From contig NC_085841.1 of NCBI RefSeq assembly GCF_035594765.1, forward strand, positions 71,223,574-71,287,573: DNA of 64,000 nt, given 5' to 3'. Under the pieces are notes generated by a model that had not been told where the DNA came from, did no database searches, and saw only the letters and a program-made list of their open reading frames with translations. Positions 49,594 through 60,269 of the stretch are shown piece after piece. How positions within the stretch are numbered: the first letter of the stretch is position 1; every line of letters starts with the position of its first letter. The translations under genes were made by a program, and so were the position numbers. Source of the DNA: Anolis carolinensis (lineage: Eukaryota).

Positions 49594-49647
49594 CATATGC
49601 CTTTATAAATAAACACTTAGATTAAAAAAACTCACCTCAAAGGACAT

Positions 49648-49795
49648 GGAATCATAGAATTGGAAGAGACCTTGTGAGTCACCCAATCCAACCCACTGCC
49701 AAGAAGCAGGAAAATTGCATTCAAAGCATCCCTGACAGATGGCCATCCAGCATTTGTTTAAAAGCCTCCAAAGAAGGAGACTCCACCACACTCCA
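49648..49795 (-). mobile_element. CR1 3' fragment
   Basis: GGAATCATAGAATTGGAAGAGACC is the reverse complement of the CR1 terminus. Confidence 0.75.
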
Positions 49796-49982
49796 TTATT
49801 TGAAAACAGTTTAAAACTTCCAGGCAGCTGCAATGAGGGCTTTGAAGACTTCCTCCATGGCTATGAAGAGTGGCAGCAACTTGGAGCTGCTATATTCGAT
49901 CCCAAGGAGCCTGTTTCCTACTGGCTGTTAGGAACTGTAGGTGTTGAAGTCCAAAACACCTGGAGGACCAAAATTTGCCGCC

Positions 49983-50028
<46 letters not shown>

Positions 50029-50091
50029 GACAAGACATAGTATGACACAGCAAACTAGACATATACGCTGGATTTCATATTATTATTATTA

Positions 50092-51500
50092 TTTGAAACA
50101 CAATAAGATGAGTCCACAGCAGACACTCTGCTGGCTGTTGTATTGGATCACACATCGGACACTTCCCAAGTATCTAGGACTGTGTGATGTATCGGCGAAT
50201 AATGCGTGCAGATCCCAGTAAGGTGGCCTTCTGCAGCTGGCAGGTGGTAATTTTGTCAGCGCCAATTGTGTTTAAGTGCAGGCCAAGGTCTTTAGGCACT
50301 GCACCCAGTGTGCCAATCACCACTGGGACCATCTTGACTGGCTTGTGCCAGAGTCTTTGCAATTCGATCTTTAAGTCCTCATATCGTTTCAGCTTTTCCA
50401 GTTGTTTCTCTTCAATCCTGCTGTCCCCTGGGATTGCAACATCGACAATCCATACTTTGTTTTTTAACACAATCGTGAGGTCAGGAGTATTGTGCTCCTG
50501 TCTGTCTGAATTAGAAGTCCCAGAGTAGCTTGACATGTTCATTCTCTGTAAATTTTTCCGGCTTGTGATTCCACCAGTTCTTTCTTGCAGGCAGATGGTA
50601 TTTGTGGCACAAGTTCCAATGAATCATTTGAGCAACAGTGTTATGCCTCTGCTTGTAGTCTGTGTGTGCGATCTTCTTGCAGCAGCTGAGGAAGTGATCT
50701 ATTGTTTCATCTGCTTCCTTGCAGAGTCTACATTTAGGATCTGTCGTTGACTTTTAAATTTTGGTTTTGATGGCATTGGTTCTAACGGCTTGTTCTTGGG
50801 CTGCCAGAATCAGGCCCTCCATCTCCTTTTTCAAAGTTCCATTTGTGAGCCACAGCCATGTTTTTTCTTTGTCAATTTGGCTCTCGGTTTTTCCCAGGAA
50901 CTGCCCATGGAGAGCCGCCTTTTGCCAGTTTTTTCTTCTGCTCTGTATTGTGTTTTTACGGTATTCACTCTTTGTCTTTTGCACTTGAAGCAGTTTACTA
51001 CTGTTGACTTTCCTCAATGTTGGTTCTTGACTGCCTTTCACATAATCTGCCAGGGCATGTTTCTCTTCCTCTACCATTTGTTTCACTTGCAGCAGCCCCC
51101 TGCCTCCTGATTTTCTGGGCAGGTAAAGTTTGTCGACATCACTATGTGAGTGTAATGAGTAGTGGATTGTCATCACTTTTCTTGTTTTTCTGTCCAGATA
51201 ATCTAGCTCTGCTTATGTCCAGTTCACAATTCCAGCAGTGTATCTAATGACAGGGATGGCCCAGGTGTTGATCGTATTTCCACCATTTAATTTGCTCTTC
51301 AAAATCTTTCTGACTCTTTGGATATATTCTTTGCTGACCACATTTTTCACATGCCCATGCTTGATATTGTCCAACTGTAGTATGCCCAGATATTTACAGG
51401 CTTCAGGCTGATTGCATTTTATGGTTTGTCCATTTGGCATCTCTATGCCCTCGCTGTGAGTAATTTTCCCTTTCTTTAATGCCACTGTGGCACAATTGTC

Positions 51501-51501
<1 letters not shown>
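50092..51501 (-). mobile_element. R4/Dong-clade non-LTR retrotransposon, 5'-truncated, in (TAA)n
   Basis: KYLG, LYLPRKSGGRGL, LHGQF, LILAAQEQA, CRLC..ETIDH..C zinc knuckle, PDL..IVDVAIP REL endonuclease; (TAT)n on both sides. Confidence 0.9.
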
Positions 51502-51543
<42 letters not shown>

Positions 51544-51751
51544 TCATTTATATCCCACTTTTCTCCTGTGGGTAGGATTCAAAGCAGCATAAAAAGTTTA
51601 AATCAATACAAATACATCGACACACAATACATAATCAACTAAACCTCATATACAAATATAAACATAACCCAATTTAACACATCATATAAAACAGTTAAAA
51701 CTTACAGCAGGTACTCATGCCTGGTATAAACTGTAATGGAATGTATGTTCA

Positions 51752-52383
51752 ATGTTGTGGACTCCACTTTGTAGCCCCATTTCTTAAGGTTGGCTCGTGG
51801 TGCCAGAGTGCAGTCTGTTCAGCTCCTTCCAAGTCACCCCGTCTTCTGTGTGCCCAGGAGGGACTTTCTAAGAACCTCAGTCAGTGGCTGAGTGGATGAG
51901 AAACTCCCCTCCTAAGCACACAGAAGACTGAACGAATGTTTTTAGGTTGAATGTTTTTATGTTGAATGTTTTTATATTGTGGAATGATATTTTAAATTGT
52001 AAGTCGCTCGGAGCACTCTGGTGAAAAGCGACTAATTAAGAAATAAAGTGAAGTGAAGTGAAGTGAACGATTTGGAAGGCGCTGAACAGATTGTGCTCTG
52101 GCACCACAAGATACAGAGCCAGCCTTAAGAAATGGGGCTACAAAGTGGAGTTCACGACATGCGAGTGCGGAAAAGAGCAAACCAAAGGCCACTGACTACA
52201 ATGCGGTCTGAACCTTGTCACATGCACAATGGAGGACCTTCTTACAGCGACACCAGAAGCATTCCAAGTGGCCAGCTTCTGGTCAAAGGAAATCTAGTAT
52301 AATGCCAAGTTTTTAACGATGTGTTCTTTTTAATACATTATAACTATACCCTCAATTTGCTGCTGACATGATAAATAAATAAA
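51752..52383 (+). mobile_element. Vingi-like LINE 3' fragment with inverted 5' duplication and nested tail insertion
   Basis: LKKWGYKVEFTTCECGKEQT; 3' end CTGACATGATAAATAAATAAA. Confidence 0.75.
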
Positions 52384-52904
52384 ATCAGCCACTGATTGAG
52401 GTTCCGGGTTTTATTCTGTCACTCTTGGACTCTCACTTGCTGGGATGTTCCTGCGATTATCTCTGTAGATCTTAGGAAACTGTTTCTTGATTTTAGTCAT
52501 TGGCATGCTGGCTGATATCCGAACAGACGGGTTGGAGATGTCAATGCCTTGGTCCTTTCACCGGAGAATCAAAGGCAGTTTTTTTCCCTCACATAATGGT
52601 CGCACCCCACCTTTTTTCATGGAAAAAAGGAGGAGAGTGTAACCATTATGCAACTATTATGGAAGTTTGTGGGTTTGCACGGGGTTATGAAGTGGCATCT
52701 CCTTAATGCTCCTGGGCATCCTCAAGTCCTTAAATCAGGACATATGGAACTTATGGCTATTGGAAACATCCCGGCTGTTAGAAATTGTAGGAATTAAAGT
52801 TCAAAGTACCTGGAGGGCTGAAGCTTGCCCATACCTGGTTTTTATACTTTTCAAAACAGGCTCCTTGGGATCAAAACTATGTCTCCCTCACCACAACAAA
52901 TTGT

Positions 52905-53405
52905 TTTTCTGGGTTGCTGTGAGGTTTCCAGGCTGTATGGCCATGTTCCAGAAGCATTATCTCCTGATGTTTCGCCCACATCTATGGCAGGCATCCTCAG
53001 AGGCTGTGAGGTCTGTTGGAAACTAGGCAAGTTGGGTTTATATATCTATGGAAAGTCCAGGGTGGGAGAAAGAACTCTTCTCTGTTTGAGGCAAGTGTGA
53101 ATGTTGCAATTGATCACCTTGATTAGCATTTAATGGCCTTGCAGATTTAAAGCCTGGCCGATTCCCTGCCTGCGGGAATCCTTTGTTGGGAGGTGTTAAC
53201 TGGCCCTGATTGTTTCCTGTCTGGAATCCCCCTGTTTTCTGAGTGTTGTTCTTTATTTACTGTCCTGATTTTAGAACTTTTTAAATACGGGTAGCCAGAT
53301 TTTGTTCATTTCATTGTTTCCTCTTTTCTGTTGAAGTTGTCATGCTTGTGGATTTCAGTGGCTTCCCTGTGTAGTCTGACATGGTGGTTGTGAGAGTGGT
53401 CCAAA
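52905..53405 (-). mobile_element. Penelope-like element 3' part (GIY-YIG C-terminus plus pLTR)
   Basis: Minus-strand LDHSHNHHVRLHREATEIHKH..NFNRKEE; hammerhead core at 52962-53003. Confidence 0.85.
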
Positions 53406-53913
53406 CTGTTTTTTGTTTCCTGAAATGAGCACCAATAGGGCCTGCCCCACGATGGAGCGTATCTATGGCGCGTGTTGGCCAGGTTTCCCGAGGCCTTCTA
53501 GGCATGAGAACTCAGAGAGCCGGCCCTTTAAGGCTGTCTCCTCAGAGAAGATCCAGCCAGCCGCCCTGAGAGGGAAGCTGGTCCTGGCCTGGAGAGAGAA
53601 GGACCACTTAGGCCTCTCATAAAAGGTGATGGGGAAAAGGGGGGCAAGGAAGGTCCCAGGCACCGCAGAATGGCTCCTGGCACTCCCACAGAGGCTGAGG
53701 GGTTGTTTGGGGAGGAAGAAAGTATTTTGAGTCCCGCCATATTGGTAGGAAGTGAGTTGGTGAGATGGGAAGTAGGCCACCTTGCCTTTGCTCAGCCTGG
53801 CTCGGGCAGCCAGGCCTTACAAGTTAAGTCCAGGCCTAGCTGAACCAAAACAGTGGCCCACAACATCAGGGTTCTGCCCTTTGATATGGTTGTTTAATTT
53901 TTTTCTGCTAGCC

Positions 53914-54123
53914 CAGGCATGGGCCAACTTGGGCCCTCCCTCCAGGTGTTGTGGACTTCAACTCCCACCATTCCTCACAGCCTCAGGCCCTTTCCTTTCC
54001 CCCCTCAGCCGCTTAAGCTTAAGCGGCTGAGGGGGGAAAGGAAAGGGCCTGAGGCTGTGAGGAATGGTGGGAGTTGAAGTCCACAACACCTGGGTGGGAA
54101 AAACCCAAGTTGGCCCATGCCTG
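53914..54123. mobile_element. Palindromic hAT MITE
   Basis: TIR CAGGCATGGGCCAACTTGGG; TSD (T/G)GCTAGCC; perfect palindrome 53942-54093. Confidence 0.9.
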
Positions 54124-54377
54124 GGCTAGCCCATAAGAAATCATGATAACCATAGCTTAAGAAACTAGAGCTGATGCAGTGTTATCCCTATGAATCAGCG
54201 CTCCAAATAACCACAGGAACAAGCCTAAAAGCCAAGACACCAATAATTGGTTATTTTTGTTGGGCTGTGTCCTTTAACATTTGTCATTCCCAGTTTTGTT
54301 TATTGCTGTTTTTATCTCTGATTTTCTAATCTTCTGGATTGCCTTTAGTTTGAGTTCTGAGAGGGAAAAAAAATACT

Positions 54378-54700
54378 GTAAAGGTAAAGGTTTCCCCTGA
54401 CATTAAGTCTAGTCATGTCTGACTTTGGGGATTGGTGCTCATCTCTATTTCTAAGCCGAAGAACCAGCGATGTCCATAGACACCTCCAAGGTCATGTGGC
54501 CGGCATGACTGCATGGAGCGCCGTTACCTTCCCGCCGGAGCGGTACCTATTGATCTACTCACATTTGCATGCTTTTGAACTGCTAGGTTGGCAGAAGCTG
54601 GGCTAAAAGCAGGCGCTCACCCCGCTCCCCGGATTCGAATCTGCCAACCTTTTGGTCAGCAAGTTCAACAGCTCAGTGGTTTAACTCACTGTGCCACTGG
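54378..54700 (-). mobile_element. Sauria SINE
   Basis: Same structure as 49267-49593. Confidence 0.9.
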
Positions 54701-54991
54701 GTTAAACACCAGATTAACAGACAAGATTCAATCAAATAATTAATACAATAGACCGGGCATCCTCAAACTGCGGCCCTCCAGCTGTTTGGACCTTCAACTC
54801 CCAGAAGCCCTCGCCAGCTTGTTCAGTGGTCAGAAATCTGGGAGTTGGAGGCCCAAACAGCTGGAGGGCCGCAGTTTGGGGGTGGCTCTCAGTTAAAGCA
54901 GCACTCATGGCAATTGGTAGATACTACAGTTGATGTAATATCTGTTTGCTTGAGTTATTATTAAAAATAGGTCTAATATTCAATTCCATGC

Positions 54992-55372
54992 TTTTTTTCG
55001 TGTCAGGAGCAACTTGAGAAACTGCAAGTCGCTTCTGGTGTGAGAGAATTGGCCATCTGCAAGGACGTTGCCCACAGGACACCTGGATGTTTTACTATCC
55101 TGTGACAGGCTTCTCTCATGTCCCCGCATGAGAAGCTGGAGTTGACAGACGGGAGCTCACCCTGCTCCCCGGATTCAAACCGCCTACCTTTCAGGCTGCA
55201 GTCCTGCTGGCATAAGAGTTTAACTCAGTGGTTCTCAACCTGTAGATCTCCAGGTGTTTTGGCCTACAACTCCCAGAAATTCCAGCCAGTATACCATCTG
55301 TTAGGATTTCTGGGAGTTGAAGTCCAAAACATCTGGAGACCCACAGGTTGAGAACCACTGGTTTAACCCATA
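54992..55372 (-). mobile_element. SINE with Vingi-type tail (AnolisSINE2-like), interrupted by a hAT MITE at 55226-55360
   Basis: Tail TCCTGACACGAAAAAAA on the minus strand; nested MITE TIR CAGTGGTTCTCAACCTGT with TSD GTTTAAC(T/C). Confidence 0.75.
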
Positions 55373-57046
55373 CCATAAACCAACTTCAGCTGAGACTCCT
55401 TTTCCCCATGATCATTTTTTTGAATTTCCCTTCTGAGGAGTAGATTTCTCTCACTTTCTGTTTTCTCACCCCCGTTTGTAACCATGAGTTGTTTGTAAAT
55501 TGGATGTTTGTAACTTGGGGACTGCCTGTATAAGTCTTATTTCAGGACTTAGTCACAGAAATTTCTTGATAGATGACCAGTACCAATTTTTGTTGCACAA
55601 AATGATACAGGCTTCATAATTACAAAAGCTTATTGGATCTAATTAGTTAAAATAGTAGATCTTGTATATCACTTAGAGTTGGGCAGAGGAAGGCAACATA
55701 ACTTACTTTATGTGAATTAATCAGGTTTTCAATCTTGTAATGTCCACAATAATTTTTACTTTTGCAAAATATGCTTGATCTCAAGATATCTTGAAACATT
55801 AACTAGTAGAAACTGTATTTTAATAGAAACATACAGAGACACTCAGATGTCCCATACAGTGGTGCATATCCAGCTATCTGATATGAGGGAACCAGTTATT
55901 TTTATTTTTATTTTTTTAGCCATGTGCCAAGGACTGGTACGATATTTATGACCACTGCCTACATTTTCTTTCCTTCCTAGAAATCCACCAGGAACTTGCA
56001 GTCAATGGCTCATGGACCAGCACTGGTACTTGGAACATCATTTTGAGTAGTAATGCCATACATATCTGGCAGTCCACATAGCTAAAGGGTACACTAAATG
56101 TTTATTTTAAAAATGTTAGTAGGAAACAGATTATTTGTATCTAACATGATATATCTTCATATTTCTTGGAGGAAATCTAACGCTTGAACTGTTAAGAAAC
56201 TGTGTAAGCATTTTCAGTTCATCTGTAATAATTTTCATTTCAGCAGTTGTGCACAAGCAAGCAATCTGAGACAATAAGTGTGGATCTTTTCAACAAAAGT
56301 ATGAAGCATTTGGTGGACATGCTCTAATGCTCATCCTCATCCTATTCTTCAGAAAAATCCTCGTTCTCATAATAGAAGTTTTTAAGACAGGTAAGATATT
56401 CCCAGTACAACAAATGTCCAGTTGCAACTATCATTTTTTTTCTTTTTTTATTGTTGTTTTGTCATTTTATCCCACTCCCACCCTCCCCTCCTTGTACATA
56501 CACTTTATACTATCATAATACCGGTAATATTTCAAGAAAAAAACCAATAAAAAACTTAACATAAACAAGAATAAAATATATTGTGCATTCTAAGAAATAA
56601 AAGGCTATGTTATACATTAAAAATAATAGCTTAAATGAATGTATCTTAAGCTTCTGGCAAATATGTATGGTACAATCAAATGGATTTGGCAATTTCACAT
56701 TTACTTTATTTATAAGTTTTAACAGGATATGTGTAAGCAAATAAAAGTTTTAAAATGGATCAAAATTTCTTTTATCAGAATGTATATTTGTTTTTGTTAG
56801 GTGATCTTCTAAAAACTGTTCTATGTCAGATACGTTACTTCACTGTAACCATGACCCATTATATCAAGACAAAGAGGAATAAATTTCGTTTTATTGTACA
56901 TATTGGACATTTTTATTTTTCTATTATTAATATATCTGAATATATGTATATATTATTAAAATGTATGGATTTGTAACAAGCAGATAATAGTTTGTAATTT
57001 TGCTACTGAATTCCATATAACCAAAATGTACCTGTCTAGATATGTA

Positions 57047-58250
57047 ATTACTTACTTAGGCAATCCCTCGTTGTCCGAGTATAATGGCCTTCCAAGTGTA
57101 GTGTCCTGGCGGTGGATATATAGGTGACTGTAGTGAGGACATCGGTTTCCAGGTGGAAGGCGGTCCCAATCAGGGTTGGCTTGACATGCTTTCCTCTTGG
57201 CATGCGCAATAACCAGGAGAAATCGTTCATAGGAGTTGGAGAAGGCTGGAGAAGGGTTTGGAAGGGGAAGAGAGAAGAGCACTATAAAAGGTACAATGTA
57301 CATGGGGAAATTAGTAGTGTTATTATATCAGCTTCTGCTGGTAGTTTCTAGAGGTTAACCAGTACTCACAATCCAGGTGAACGTAGCTAGCTTTATTGCT
57401 GCTATACACATGAGAAAGAAAATAACACTATTAATTTTGCCATGTACCTTCAGTCCCTTTTATAGTGCTCTTCTCTCCTCCCCTTCCAGACATTTCCTCA
57501 GCCTTCTCCAACTCCTGGGAACAATTTTGCTTCCTCACAGGAGTGCTCTCCTCCTCCAGGTTCGTTTGTTAACTCTGACCTTGGTTTAGATATGTTGGCT
57601 GGGGCAGGAGTTAAATGCTTATTCTTTCAAACTTTGAATCATGTCCTGGCACTCCCTTTCTCCCTCCATTCCTGCCTCTTCAAATTCCACAGCACTGCTG
57701 GTCACAGCTGACCTCCATCCAGAGCGCTCAAGAGCCAGGGCTTCCCAGTTCTCGGTGTCTATGCCACAGTTTTTAAGGTTAGCTTTAAACCCATCTTTAA
57801 ATCTCTTTTCCTGTCCACCAACATTCCATTTTCAATTCTTGAGTTGGGAATACAGTAACTGTGATCAGACATTTGGACAACGTGGCCAGTCCAGCGGAGT
57901 TGATGGCGTAGGATCATCGCTTTAATGCTAGTGATCTCTGCTTCTTCCAGCACGCTGACATCGGTCCGCCTGTCTTCCCAAGAGATTTGCAGGATTTTTT
58001 GGAATCGTTTCAGTTGAGTGTGACATCTGTAGACAGTCCCTGTTTTGCAGGCATATAACAGGGTTGAGAGGACAATAGCTTTATAAACAAGCCCCTTGGT
58101 ATCTCTCCGGATGTCCCAATCTGCAAACACTCTCTGCTTCATTCGGAGAAATGCTGCATTCACAGAGCTAAGCCGGTGTTGTATTTTCAGTGTCAATGTT
58201 GACTTTTGTGGAGAGGTGGCTGCCAAGGTAGCAGAAATAGTCAACATTTT
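57047..58250 (-). mobile_element. RTE-clade LINE 3' fragment interrupted by an inverted-repeat insert
   Basis: ORF 57759..58247: VYKAIVLSTLLYAC, KILQISWEDR, QLRWTGHV; (AAGT)n tail at 57047. Confidence 0.85.
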
Positions 58251-58300
58251 CTAACATATGTAATGCATAGGTGTGAAAATACATACATACATATTCACAA

Positions 58301-59213
58301 CTAGCGTATATACCCTGGGTTTGCATATGCTTGGTGGCTGTTTCTTACCTTCTTTTCTTTCCCTCATATACTTTGTCCCTCTCTTGTTTCTTACCTTTCC
58401 TCACTTTTGCTCATACACCATCACCTCTCTTCTTTCTTTCCATTCTCTGCTTTCCTTTCTCTTCCCTTGTTTTTCTTCTTCTCTCACTTTTGTCGCATTT
58501 ATTGTTCTTTCCTGCCTTCCTTCCTCTCAAATCTTTTCCCATTTTTTCTCTTTCCTCCTCCTCCCTTCTTTTTATCTTTTCTCCCTCGGATTCTGTTTTC
58601 TTTTCTCTTTCCTTCATTTTCTTTCTTCCTTCACTTCTTTTTACCTTTCCTCCTTCCTTCTTATTTTTTTCTTTCCTATTTTCTAACTTTTCCGATTTTT
58701 CCTTCCTTCCTTCCTCATTCTTTTTCTTTCTCCCCCACCTCTATTTCTTTTCTTGTCTCTTTCTTTCTTCTTTTCTTACTGACTTCCTTTCCCTCATACA
58801 CCTTTCCTACTTTTCTTACTTTCTTCCCCTTCTGTCTCCCTTTTCATGTCTGCCATCTGGCTGTTTTCTCCCTTCTCTACCTTGCTTCCGTGTTTGCTTG
58901 GCCCTTTGAAAAGGCCTCCCTCACAATGTCTCCATGGTAATGCTCTGGCCCTCCAAGTGGCTCGTAGTGTGTCCTTACTGACTCTCTAGCACACTTTCTT
59001 TTCTTACTTCTCTCTCTAAGGTAGCCTATCTATACATTGTATTAGTTTTGGTGGCCCTGGCCCCAAAAGGGGCAAATTTTTTATTATCTTAGGTTGGAAA
59101 ATCAAGGCTATATGTACCAAGTTTGGTCCAGATCCATCAAGCCATGTGGGAACCTTTGTGGTGCAAACCAACAAATATACATACGTACACATTTTTATTT
59201 ATATTTATGTAGA
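58301..59213 (-). mobile_element. Helitron-like element carrying a roughly 650-bp polypyrimidine tract
   Basis: CTAG at 58301, TC-TACATAAATATAAA 5' end on the minus strand, CCAAGTTTGG block as in the 11 kb Helitrons; hairpin unclear. Confidence 0.5.
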
Positions 59214-59375
59214 ACTTAGTAATGCCTTGTTGTGTTTGATTTTGGCAGGTTCAGAAGATTTACTGGGCACATGAACAATCTCATGCTGGCACAGATAAGA
59301 TACATATTTCCCATCATTTGTTGATGCTGTGAACAAAAATGACGCAGATGTGGGGCATCCTGCATTTCTAAAGCA

Positions 59376-60269
59376 ATGATAATTGTAGCTATTCCAATCT
59401 GCATTGTGGGATTAGTTGGGAATGCATTAGTTTTCTACTTTCTTTCCTTTAAGATCAAGAAGACAAAGTTCACTATGTATATACTGAATATTACTGTCGG
59501 TGATACTCTTGTTCTGGTCTATCAATATATATATTTCATGCTATTTTTGCAACCAATTCAACTTAGTGGACCCATCTCACATTTTCTAGAGTTAATGTAT
59601 GTTTTTGGAGACAACTCTAGCTTCTTTGCATTAACAATTGTTTGTCTTGAAAGGTGTTTCTCAGTCTTTCCCCCTATCATCCGTCGATTTAAACGTCCAA
59701 AGCATCTTGCAGTTTATATTTCTATTGCATTGTGGATCTTCTCTGGCCTGGTATCCATAATTGAATATTATGCATGCAGACCAAGATTCTATGCATATCT
59801 GGAGGAAGATAGTCACCACTGCTATGTTCAAACGATAGTCAAAATTGTCATTGGGTACGCAATTTTCATTCCCCTCATGGTCTTTTCCACTCTGGCCATT
59901 TTTATCAGAATGCTACAAAAAAGACTAGAAAGCATTCCTGCGGTGTTCGATTTTACCATCATAGCTGTAGTTATTCTTTTTCTTGTATTTCAAGCTTCAA
60001 TTAGAATTTTCAGTACTCTAGAATACTGGTATGATTCAATAGGCCTACCTCTCTTTACAATATCTGTCTTATTTGATACTATATCAAGCAGCATCAACCC
60101 TTTTTTATATTTTTTCATGGGATATTTCACTTACGGAAAACGTTATCCACTCGAAGTTCTTCTTCGGACTGCTTTGCAGGAGGAAAGCAATACGATAAAT
60201 AGCACGGTAAATAACACGGTAAATAACACGGAAAATAGCATGGAAAATAGCACAGAAAATAGCACGTAA
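59376..60269 (+). CDS. Mas-related GPCR, copy 6 (297 aa; N-terminus disrupted, possible incipient pseudogene)
   Basis: GLVGN, YILNITVGD, CLERCF..PP..RPKHLA, SSSINPFLYF; acceptor at 59248; upstream in-frame ATG 59271 is separated by two TGA codons. Confidence 0.85.
   Translation: MIIVAIPICIVGLVGNALVFYFLSFKIKKTKFTMYILNITVGDTLVLVYQYIYFMLFLQPIQLSGPISHFLELMYVFGDNSSFFALTIVCLERCFSVFPPIIRRFKRPKHLAVYISIALWIFSGLVSIIEYYACRPRFYAYLEEDSHHCYVQTIVKIVIGYAIFIPLMVFSTLAIFIRMLQKRLESIPAVFDFTIIAVVILFLVFQASIRIFSTLEYWYDSIGLPLFTISVLFDTISSSINPFLYFFMGYFTYGKRYPLEVLLRTALQEESNTINSTVNNTVNNTENSMENSTENST
60198..60269 (+). repeat. Coding 12-bp tandem repeat, 6 units
   Basis: Consensus AATAGCACGGAA encodes NSTV NNTV NNTE NSME NSTE NST*. 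Confidence 0.95.

Noticed and set aside
56113-56127. GTTAGTAGGAAAC as the upstream module of copy 6
   Set aside because: Lacks the upstream TGAGGTCA block and flanking similarity.
58273-58940. Long F/S/L-rich ORFs resembling membrane proteins
   Set aside because: Artefact of a stop-poor CT-rich tract, open in all three frames.
59322-59342. Two in-frame TGA codons read as selenocysteine or readthrough
   Set aside because: No SECIS recognised; the shifted frame resembles paralogue N-termini, so indels explain it better.
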